From an uncultured Chloroflexia bacterium (lineage in GTDB: Bacteria > Chloroflexota > Limnocylindria > Limnocylindrales > CSP1-4), in assembly GCA_963703575.1 (NCBI GenBank), contig CAVPEU010000008.1, forward strand, positions 193,880 to 257,879: 64,000 bases of DNA, read 5' to 3'. Positions 55,605-64,000 of the stretch are shown piece by piece (position 1 is the stretch's first letter; each line of letters begins with the position of its first letter). Made by a program: the position numbers and the translations under genes. Under the pieces are notes generated by a model, which saw nothing but the letters and a program-made list of their open reading frames with translations, had not been told where the DNA came from and made no database searches.

Positions 55605-57668
55605 TCAGCGCGGGATGTGCCGGTCGAACCAGTCGAGGACGCGGGTCATCCGGTCGATCCGGCGGTCCGGCCGGCCGGTCGCCTGGTACACGTGGAACTC
55701 CTCGGGGTAGAGCACGTACTCCACCTCGCGGCCCAGCCACCGCAGCGCCACGAAGTACTGCTCGTTGTCCGCGGGCGGGCAGCGCCGGTCGGCCTCTGCC
55801 TGGAGCATCAGCAGCGGCGTGTGGACGTTCGCCACGTTGCGCAGGGGCGACTGGCGCCACAGTTGCTCGACGCCCTCCGGCGTCGTCGGGTCGCCCATCC
55901 GCGCCGCGCGGCAGTATTCCGGGCCCTCGTCGCTGTGCGCCCAGGCGGAGACCTGGTTGGTCACGCCGTTCTCGGACACGGCGGCCCGGAAGCGGTCCGT
56001 CGTCCCGACGAGCCAGTTGACCATGAAGCCGCCGTAGGACAGGCCGAGCACGCCGAGCCGTTCCGCGTCCGCCAGCCCGAGGCCGATGACGTGGTCCAGC
56101 GCCGAATGCACGTCCTGCGCATCCACGCCGCCCCAGTCGCCCAGCTGCGGCCGGATCCACTCGCCGCCGTACGTCGTGGACCCGCGGATGTTGGGGAGCA
56201 CTACGCGATAGCCACGGGCGCACAGCAGCACGACCTCGAGCGACGGGGCCGGCGACCACGCTCCGAGGGGTCCGCCGTGGACATCCACGATCGTGGGCAG
56301 GGGTCCGTCTCCGGCACCCTCGGGCGATGCGATCCAGGTCTCGATCGGGCCGCCGGCGCCGGGCGCCTCGACGACGCGCATCTCCGGCCAGGCAAGGCCA
56401 TCGGCCCACGAGGAGCCCATCGTGGTCAGCGGGCGCAGCTCCCCGTCTTCCCCGACCAGGCACAGCTCCGGCGGCCGCGCCCCCACCGTCGCGGTGACGG
56501 TCACGCGCCCACCACCCAGCGCGAGGGTGTTGGCCATGACGTCGCCGCGCGCCAGCCGGACCGGGTCACCGACGGGCCGGCCGGTCTGCGGGTCCAGCTC
56601 GAAGCGCCAGGGGTGCGTGCGTCCGCGGTCGGACACGAGCGCGACGACGGCGCCGGTCGCGTCCCAGGCCGGACCCGGCCGCGACTCCGCCTGCCAGCCC
56701 GCCTGGTCGGTGTCGGCCCAGTTGCCGACCGGCCGGTCGAGGTCCGGCGCCAGCGGAAGGGCGGGTGCCGATCCATCGGCCGGGCCGACGAACAGGGTCG
56801 GGGACAGGTCGTCGAAGTGGTCCGCGTCGTCCACGCCGATGCCGGCGATCCAGCGGCCGTCCGGGGAGTAGGCGGGCGAGCGGACGGGACCGGCCAGGGC
56901 GAGGATCTCGCGCGGCGCCGGAGCTGCGGCACGCCGGCGACCGTCGAACGGCACCTCCCAGATCGATGACCGCGGGTGCCGGTCCGCCTCCGCCCGGGGG
57001 TCGGCCACGAAGGCGATCGCCTGCCCATCGGGCCGCCACGCGATCCGTGACACGCCGCCATCGAGCCAGGTCAACCGCCGGGTGCCCCAGTCTCCGGCCG
57101 CGGCGACGACGTGCAGCTGGCTGCGACGATCGAGATAGCCCGCCTCGTCGTACCGCCAGTCCAGCTCCTTCACGTGCCGGGCGAGCGGCTGCTCGCCCTT
57201 GGCGACCGACCCGACGATGAACCGCTGCGGATCCACCTCCGCCGTGAACGCGATCCACCGGCCATCCGGCGACCACGCGAGCTCGCCCACCGACAGGCCG
57301 GTCGGGCGCCGGTCCGCCTCGCCACCGTCGAGGTCGATGACCAGCAGGGAGGCCTCGTCCGAGCCGGGCTCGCGCCGCGTGAACGCGACTCGCCGGCCAT
57401 CCGGGGAGATCGCCGGGCGCATGTCGCGGGCGGTGCCCCGGGTCAGCTGCCTGGGTCCCGGATGGCGGCTGCCGGTTCCCCCGATCCGCACCAGGTACAG
57501 GTTCGAGGCGTACGCGTTCCCCGCCACGAACCGCCGGCTGACGACCGCGAACGAGCCGTCGGGCGCGAGGTCGTGCTCCTCGAGGACCACCTGGCGGCGG
57601 ACGATGTCGGGGTCTGGACGGCGGAGCGGGCGGCGTGGCTGGTCTCGCATGTCGGGCAGCGTACTCAT
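55605..57668 (-). CDS. S9-family serine peptidase (acylaminoacyl-peptidase / prolyl oligopeptidase type) with N-terminal beta-propeller
   Basis: TolB/WD40-like repeats (ISPDGRRVAF, WSPDGRWIAF, YSPDGRWIA), then nucleophile elbow GLSYGGFM and downstream Asp/His. Confidence 0.75.
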   Translation of the reverse strand: MSTLPDMRDQPRRPLRRPDPDIVRRQVVLEEHDLAPDGSFAVVSRRFVAGNAYASNLYLVRIGGTGSRHPGPRQLTRGTARDMRPAISPDGRRVAFTRREPGSDEASLLVIDLDGGEADRRPTGLSVGELAWSPDGRWIAFTAEVDPQRFIVGSVAKGEQPLARHVKELDWRYDEAGYLDRRSQLHVVAAAGDWGTRRLTWLDGGVSRIAWRPDGQAIAFVADPRAEADRHPRSSIWEVPFDGRRRAAAPAPREILALAGPVRSPAYSPDGRWIAGIGVDDADHFDDLSPTLFVGPADGSAPALPLAPDLDRPVGNWADTDQAGWQAESRPGPAWDATGAVVALVSDRGRTHPWRFELDPQTGRPVGDPVRLARGDVMANTLALGGGRVTVTATVGARPPELCLVGEDGELRPLTTMGSSWADGLAWPEMRVVEAPGAGGPIETWIASPEGAGDGPLPTIVDVHGGPLGAWSPAPSLEVVLLCARGYRVVLPNIRGSTTYGGEWIRPQLGDWGGVDAQDVHSALDHVIGLGLADAERLGVLGLSYGGFMVNWLVGTTDRFRAAVSENGVTNQVSAWAHSDEGPEYCRAARMGDPTTPEGVEQLWRQSPLRNVANVHTPLLMLQAEADRRCPPADNEQYFVALRWLGREVEYVLYPEEFHVYQATGRPDRRIDRMTRVLDWFDRHIPR

Positions 57669-57729
57669 GCATCCGCCCGCGCGTGGGCCGTGGCGCGCGC
57701 GGCGCACCTGGCGGCGTACCCTCCGGAGC

Positions 57730-58662
57730 ATGACCCTCCTCGACCGCCTCGCCATCGATGCCGAGGTCGCCGACGCGCTCCGCGGTGGCCGCCCGGTCGT
57801 CGCCCTCGAATCGACCCTCATCAGCCACGGCCTGCCGTACCCCCGGAATCTCGAGGTCGCCGTGGCCTCCGAGCTCGCCGTCCGAGAGTCGGGCGCCGTC
57901 CCGGCGACGATCGCCCTCAACGATGGCCGGCTGCTGGTCGGCCTCTCGCCCGCGGCCCTCGAGGCGCTCGCGACGGCCCCCCACGGCACGGTCCGCAAGG
58001 TCGCCAGGCCAAGCCTGGGGGCGGCGATCGCCGGCGGCGGCCGGGGTGCCACGACGGTCTCGGCGACGATGATCGCCGCCCACGCGGCCGGCATCCGGGT
58101 CTTTGCGACCGGCGGCATCGGTGGCGTCCACCGCGGCGCCGTGGGCGGAGATCGCCCCTCGCTCGATATCTCCGCCGACCTCGAAGAGCTGGCTCGGACG
58201 TCGGTCAACGTGGTGTGCGCGGGCCCGAAGGCGATCCTCGACGTGCCGCTCACGCTCGAGTACCTGGAGACGCACGGCGTGCCGGTCGTGGCCGTGGGGA
58301 CGGACGAGATGCCGGGCTTCTACTCGCGCGGCAGCGGGATCCCGGCGCCGCTGAGCGTCCCGGACATCGCGGGGGCGGCCGCGCTCGTGCGCGCGCACAC
58401 CGATCTCGCCCTGGGCTCCGGGGTGCTGCTGTGCGTCCCCGTGCCCGAGGCGGACGCGCTGCCGGACGACGTCACTCGCGACGCGGTCGAGCAGGCCATC
58501 CGCGAGGCGCAGCACACCGGGGTCGCGGGCCCGGCGCTGACGCCCTGGCTGCTGGCCCGGATCGCGGACCTGACGGACGGCGCCTCGGTCGCGGCGAACA
58601 CCGCGCTGATCGTCAACAACGCGCGGGTCGCCGGCCGGCTCGCGGTGGCGCTCCGGGGCTGA
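57730..58662 (+). CDS. psuG: Pseudouridine-5'-phosphate glycosidase
   Basis: VALESTLISHGLPYP...FATGGIGGVHRG...VVCAGPKAILD motifs (IndA-like fold). Confidence 0.8.
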   Translation: MTLLDRLAIDAEVADALRGGRPVVALESTLISHGLPYPRNLEVAVASELAVRESGAVPATIALNDGRLLVGLSPAALEALATAPHGTVRKVARPSLGAAIAGGGRGATTVSATMIAAHAAGIRVFATGGIGGVHRGAVGGDRPSLDISADLEELARTSVNVVCAGPKAILDVPLTLEYLETHGVPVVAVGTDEMPGFYSRGSGIPAPLSVPDIAGAAALVRAHTDLALGSGVLLCVPVPEADALPDDVTRDAVEQAIREAQHTGVAGPALTPWLLARIADLTDGASVAANTALIVNNARVAGRLAVALRG

Positions 58663-58876
58663 CCGGCGGGACCACCTCGTCCCCCCGCCGTCGCTCCGGA
58701 TGCCACCGCGATGGTCATCGCCTTGTTTGCGACCGGGGCGCTCAGTACACTCGGGGCGACCGCCGTCTTCCGGGCGAGCGAGCGACGCGCCAGGGATCTC
58801 GGAGTGCTCGACCGGACCACCGGCTCGTAACCGCCGGGCACCGTCATTGGGCGGGCGCCGACACGAGGGAGCAGCC

Positions 58877-59389
58877 ATGCGGATCTACGACGGCAGCCCG
58901 CGGCAGGACTTCGAGGAGGTCTTCCGCTCGATCGGGGCCTTCCTCGACGCGCGTGGCACCCGGGACATCCTCCTGCTCGAGGTGCCGGACGGTTTCATCG
59001 TCCAGGGGCTGGTCGCGGCGGGTGCCGGCGGCGGAGCCTGGTCGGAGTCGGTCGGGTCGATCGACAAGGAGACCCTGACCTTCCTCGACGAGGACATCGC
59101 GAAGTTCATGGAGGAAGCTGCGGCCCGGCGGGGATCCGCAGCCGCGCTGGACGCCGCGCGCGGCGGTCCGTACGAGCAGGGGCTGCGGGTCATCGGTCGC
59201 TGGATCGACGAGCAGAAGCCCAAGGACGTGTTCCTGTTCGAGCAGGACGGCGCGTACGTGATCCGGCTCCTCGAGGGTGGCCAGGGCGGCTCGCACCACC
59301 AGATCGCGGAGTTCACGCGCGACGAGATCGCGGAGCTCGTCGCCAGGGGACCCACGCTGCGCGCCGGTCCCGTGTCGGCCGGGTCGTGA
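58877..59389 (+). CDS. Hypothetical protein
   Basis: ATG preceded by GAGGGAG; 170 aa with no recognisable motif. Confidence 0.4.
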   Translation: MRIYDGSPRQDFEEVFRSIGAFLDARGTRDILLLEVPDGFIVQGLVAAGAGGGAWSESVGSIDKETLTFLDEDIAKFMEEAAARRGSAAALDAARGGPYEQGLRVIGRWIDEQKPKDVFLFEQDGAYVIRLLEGGQGGSHHQIAEFTRDEIAELVARGPTLRAGPVSAGS

Positions 59390-59520
59390 CACCGGCCGGG
59401 TCCGGTGACACCGGCCGGGTCGCCACGGCAGCCGGGTCGCCACGGCAGCCGGGTCGTGACAGCCCGCCCCGTACCCGGCACAATCTCGCAAGTACGTCGT
59501 AACGAAGGAGGTCCCACCCG

Positions 59521-59676
59521 ATGAAGGCTCTGCGGACCGTTGCCATTGCGCTCGGGGTGACCCTGGGCGCGCTGATCGTCATCCCGCTGGTGGTGCTGGC
59601 CGGGTTGTTCGTCTGGCTGAAGCTGACCGAGGAGGACGACGAGGAGGCGCTCGATCTCGAGCAGGAAGGCGCCTGA
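59521..59676 (+). CDS. Small (51 aa) single-TM protein with acidic tail
   Basis: MKALRTVAIALGVTLGALIVIPLVVLAGLFVWLKLTEEDDEEALDLEQEGA, preceded by a strong Shine-Dalgarno (GAAGGAGG) 8 nt upstream. Not in the ORF track because shorter than 60 aa. Confidence 0.4.
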   Translation: MKALRTVAIALGVTLGALIVIPLVVLAGLFVWLKLTEEDDEEALDLEQEGA

Positions 59677-59759
59677 TCGACACGCCTCCGCCGGCGGATC
59701 GCCCGTCCGCCGGTCCCGGAAGCCCGTGTCCGACGCCCGCCGGCCCGGCGGGCGTCTCC

Positions 59760-60794
59760 GTGTCCGCGCCCGCTCGCCGTCACCCGCCGGCCGGCCCTGC
59801 ATCGATGGCGCCGGGCGGTGCCTCGATATCCCCCGGCGGTGCGTCGGGCGGCGCCCAGGTTCGCCCGGCCGTCACGCCCCGGGCGCGCCGGCTCGCGGAG
59901 CTGGGCGTCCTCGTGGCGGTCGCCGTGTGGTCGGCCAACTTCGTCGTGGTCAAGGCGTCCATCGGGGTCCTCGGGCCGCTGACCTTCACCGGTGCGCGGT
60001 ATGTCGTCGCCTCGCTGACGCTGCTGGCGATCCTCCACCACCGCCAGGGGACGATCCGGCCGCCCGCCGGCCAGACCCGCGTCCTGCTGGGGCTGGGCGT
60101 GCTGGGCTTCGGCATCTACCAGGTCCTGTGGACGATCGGGCTCACGCGGATCAGCGCCGGCGATTCCGCGCTGATCATCGCCGCGTCGCCGGTCCTCACG
60201 GCGCTGCTCGCCGGAGCCGTCGGCATGGATCGCCTCACGCCGCCGAAGCTCGCCGGGGGGCTCATCGCCTTCGCGGGCGTGGCAGCAGTGATCACGGCCG
60301 GCCACGAGCTGTCGCTGGGGTCGTCCCTGCTGGGGGACGGGCTGACGCTCGCGGCGGCCCTGCTGTGGGCCGTGTACACGGTCGGCGGGACACGTGTCCT
60401 GCGCTGGGTGGACCCGCTCGCCGCCACGACGTGGACCGTCGTGGCGGGCACCATCGTCCTGGTCCCGCTGGGGATCGGGGAGGCCGTCCTCCAGCCGCCA
60501 TCCGGCATCACGCCCCTGACCCTCGTCGCGATCCTGTATTCGGGTGCGCTGGCGGCCGGCATCTCGAACGTGCTGGTGTTCAATGCCATCCGCTTCGTGG
60601 GTCCCACGCGGGCCTCGTCGATCCAGTTCCTGACCCCGGCGGGCGCGGTGGCGCTCGGGGCGCTGTTCCTGCAGGAGCCGGTCGGTATCGCGCAGATCGC
60701 CGGCGGCGCGGTGATCGTCCTGGGCGTGTGGCTCACCCGGCGGCCGACCGTCGTGCCGGCGGCCGTGCGATCGCGACTGCCCACGACCCGATGA
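59760..60794 (+). CDS. DMT-superfamily transporter with two EamA domains
   Basis: Ten TM helices in a 5+5 arrangement. The true start is probably downstream of the annotated ATG. Confidence 0.7.
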   Translation: MSAPARRHPPAGPASMAPGGASISPGGASGGAQVRPAVTPRARRLAELGVLVAVAVWSANFVVVKASIGVLGPLTFTGARYVVASLTLLAILHHRQGTIRPPAGQTRVLLGLGVLGFGIYQVLWTIGLTRISAGDSALIIAASPVLTALLAGAVGMDRLTPPKLAGGLIAFAGVAAVITAGHELSLGSSLLGDGLTLAAALLWAVYTVGGTRVLRWVDPLAATTWTVVAGTIVLVPLGIGEAVLQPPSGITPLTLVAILYSGALAAGISNVLVFNAIRFVGPTRASSIQFLTPAGAVALGALFLQEPVGIAQIAGGAVIVLGVWLTRRPTVVPAAVRSRLPTTR

Positions 60795-61630
60795 CGCGGC
60801 CCCTGCCCCTGCCCCTGCCTGATCCCCCGCGCGCGGGCGGGGAGCGTCCGCTGCCGGTGCCGCCGCTCCTTGCCGGGCAGCCGCCGATCGCGATCCTCGT
60901 CGACTACGACGGGACGATCGCGCGAACGGACGTCTCGGACACGCTGCTGGCCGAGTTCGCGACCGAGGAATGGGAGGCGCTCGTGGCGGACTCCTACACC
61001 AGCCGGGTGGGTTCGCGGCGACTCATGGCCTGGGAGGTGGGACGCATCTCCGCCGATGAGGCCGCCCTGCTCGCCGTCGCGGCCGCGCAGCCCCACGACC
61101 CCTCGTTTCGCCCGTTCGCCGAGCGGGCGAAGGCGGCCGGGATCCCGGTCGAGGTGGTGTCGGACGGGTTCGGCTTCTTCATCGAGCCCGCGCTCCGCGC
61201 GCTCGGGGTGGGGGACATCTCGGTGGTCACCGCATCGACCACGTTCGGTCCGGAGGGTGCGCGGATCGCGTTCCCCAACGGCGCCCCGGACTGCTTCGTG
61301 TGCGGCACCTGCAAGCGCAACCGGGTGCTGGCCCACCAGGCGGCGGGTCGGGCGGTCGTGTTCATCGGGGATGGCGAGTCGGACCGCTACGCCGCCGGCT
61401 ACGCGGACGTGGTGTTCGCGAAGCATTCGCTGGTGCGGATCTGCCTGGAGAACGGCTGGGCGTTCGAGCGGTTCGCCGCGTTCGCCGAGATCCACGCCTG
61501 GCTGGAGGAGCAGCTGGCCACGTTCGCGGCTGATCCCTCGTCGCTGCCGGGGCCGCGCAGGCGGCCGCTGTTCTGCGGCGCCGAGGTGTGGGGCCCCGGC
61601 CGCTTCGATCCGGTGCCGCCCGGGGGCTGA
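60791..61630 (+). CDS. HAD-IB-family phosphatase (MtnX / phosphoserine-phosphatase-like) with C-terminal Cys cluster
   Basis: DxDxT motif (ILVDYDGTIARTDVSD) and GDGESD. ATG overlaps the upstream stop (ATGA). CFVCGTCKRN Cys motif present. Confidence 0.65.
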   Translation: MTRPLPLPLPDPPRAGGERPLPVPPLLAGQPPIAILVDYDGTIARTDVSDTLLAEFATEEWEALVADSYTSRVGSRRLMAWEVGRISADEAALLAVAAAQPHDPSFRPFAERAKAAGIPVEVVSDGFGFFIEPALRALGVGDISVVTASTTFGPEGARIAFPNGAPDCFVCGTCKRNRVLAHQAAGRAVVFIGDGESDRYAAGYADVVFAKHSLVRICLENGWAFERFAAFAEIHAWLEEQLATFAADPSSLPGPRRRPLFCGAEVWGPGRFDPVPPGG

Positions 61631-61652
61631 GGCCCGGTTGCGCTGGCCCTGC

Positions 61653-61772
61653 CTCGGCCGGGCGCGTGCCTGTGAGACCCGCGAAACGACGTCAAACCTG
61701 GCTCGCATCTCGGGGCGTGCCCACCCCCAGCCAGGCGCGTGCCTGTGAGACCCGCGAAACGACGTCAAACTC
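61653..61772. repeat. Two direct copies of a 37-bp motif (gcgcgtgcctgtgagacccgcgaaacgacgtcaaac); a third, inverted partial copy lies at 62798..62815
   Basis: Direct reading. The copies bracket the XRE regulator gene. Confidence 0.8.
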
Positions 61773-61832
61773 GCCGCTGCGCCCCGCACCCCGTGACCCA
61801 GCGCCCGCCAAGCCCTCTCGCGTGTCCGTGAG

Positions 61833-62684
61833 TCACGCAGGCGGGCCGAAGCGAGCGGGCGCACGCCATGGCCGAGGCTTGGGCTCGGCTTCGTTGACCC
61901 GGAGACACGCTCGTCTCAACGCCCCAGGCGCACCCCCGCGTGGTGGGCCGTCCAGCAGCCTCGCCCGTCCACGCTCCACGATCATCCACACGATCGCCGC
62001 ACCGGGCCACGGGACGAGCGATCCGGTGAGCGCCGCGACCGCGTCCCGACAGCGCGCCGGATACGCTGACTGCAGCGTCCCTTCGAACCGCTGCGCCAGC
62101 TCCCGGAGGGATCGAGTGGAGCGAAGCACGAGGAGCCTCGAGGTCATCGGCGCCTCCTCCGCCGGCGCGAAGCGCCACAGGTCGGCCGACGGCAGCGACG
62201 CCTCCTTCTCGCGGTGCCAGCGGATCTGCTGCTCCAGGCGTCGAAGCTCCGAGTTGAACTCCGACGCGACGATCACGGGCTCCTGCCTGCCGGACAGGAC
62301 GAGGTCGATCACGCCGCGGGCCGGGCGGTAGACGGGTACCTCCGGCGAGCCGATCCACCGCCGGTCGAGCTCGGACAGCAGCGCCTCGACCATCACCGCC
62401 TGGATCCTGTCGCGGATCAGGGGGCCCGTGGTCGGGTAGAGGCGGATCGACAGGTCGGCGCCGAGCACGGTCGCGATGGCCGAGAGCGACGCCAGGCTCG
62501 CCGCGCGCTGACCGGATTCGATGCGACCCAGGTGCGACCGATCGATGCCGGCCGCCTCGGCGACCGCCGTGCGCGTCAGGGCCTCGTCCTCACGCAGGTC
62601 GCGGATCGACCTGGCCACCGTCTCGCGGACCTTGCGGTCCTGCGCCCGGATCTGCCGCTGCAATCGCGTCTCGCCCACGGCCAC
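61833..62684 (-). CDS. XRE-family HTH transcriptional regulator with C-terminal uncharacterised domain
   Basis: HTH LTRTAVAEAAGIDRSHLGRIESGQRAASLASLSAIATVLG near the N-terminus. Confidence 0.65.
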   Translation of the reverse strand: MAVGETRLQRQIRAQDRKVRETVARSIRDLREDEALTRTAVAEAAGIDRSHLGRIESGQRAASLASLSAIATVLGADLSIRLYPTTGPLIRDRIQAVMVEALLSELDRRWIGSPEVPVYRPARGVIDLVLSGRQEPVIVASEFNSELRRLEQQIRWHREKEASLPSADLWRFAPAEEAPMTSRLLVLRSTRSLRELAQRFEGTLQSAYPARCRDAVAALTGSLVPWPGAAIVWMIVERGRARLLDGPPRGGAPGALRRACLRVNEAEPKPRPWRAPARFGPPA

Positions 62685-62894
62685 GCTCCCTGTTCGTCGA
62701 CGGGGTTCGCCCGGGCGGGGCGAGCGTGCCTGCCAGTCAACCAGAAGGGCCTCAACGGTGGCTTATCGGCGCCGCGACCGGTCCCCGACCAACATTCGGG
62801 TCTCACAGGCACGGCCGGCGGTCGGGCGACGGCAGCACGGCCGCTACGGCCCACCGGCGCTGCCTCACGGACACGCTCGACGACCTCCTCGCGT

Positions 62895-64000
<1,106 letters not shown>

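Overview
A 64 kb, very GC-rich (about 70%) chromosomal segment whose gene content fits an actinobacterium-like organism; I cannot name the lineage from sequence alone. The half below 19.3 kb is transcribed almost entirely on the minus strand.

It holds four main blocks:

(1) Between 0.2 and 12.7 kb, a minus-strand cluster of c-type cytochromes and their maturation genes:
- a decahaem NapC/NirT/NrfH-type membrane cytochrome;
- a complete System II cytochrome c maturation set (ResA/TlpA-like, CcsA/ResC, ResB/Ccs1, CcdA, plus a TPR protein);
- a secreted tetrahaem cytochrome with a (VDPSPSP)n linker;
- an apparently frameshifted hexahaem cytochrome;
- an NHL beta-propeller membrane protein, a second TPR membrane protein and a stand-alone Rieske [2Fe-2S] protein.
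- A GAF sensor histidine kinase and NarL-family response regulator lie immediately downstream.

(2) Between 16 and 30 kb, a selenium-dependent, NAD-type formate dehydrogenase locus:
- The FdhA catalytic gene carries an in-frame TGA followed by an fdhF-like SECIS hairpin.
- A complete selenocysteine toolkit sits beside it: selD, a tRNA-Sec gene with a UCA anticodon, selA, selB and mobA.
- FdhA appears split into two separately translated genes in non-collinear order. A Ca2+/H+ antiporter, a VapBC toxin-antitoxin pair and a start-less LuxR helix-turn-helix remnant lie between and beside them.

(3) Between 36 and 40 kb, an SbcD/Mre11-like nuclease paired with a membrane-anchored SbcC/YhaN-like ATPase, plus transporters and housekeeping genes.

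(4) Between 46 and 54 kb, a pentose-phosphate operon (tkt-rpiB-gnd-zwf-opcA-pgl), followed by a PfkB kinase, an S9 peptidase, psuG, an XRE regulator flanked by short repeats, and a truncated pyrG at the window edge.

The many long ORFs on the opposite strand of real genes are GC-driven shadow ORFs and are not called. Start codons are approximate throughout; I could not run similarity searches, so product names rest on motifs recognised by eye.
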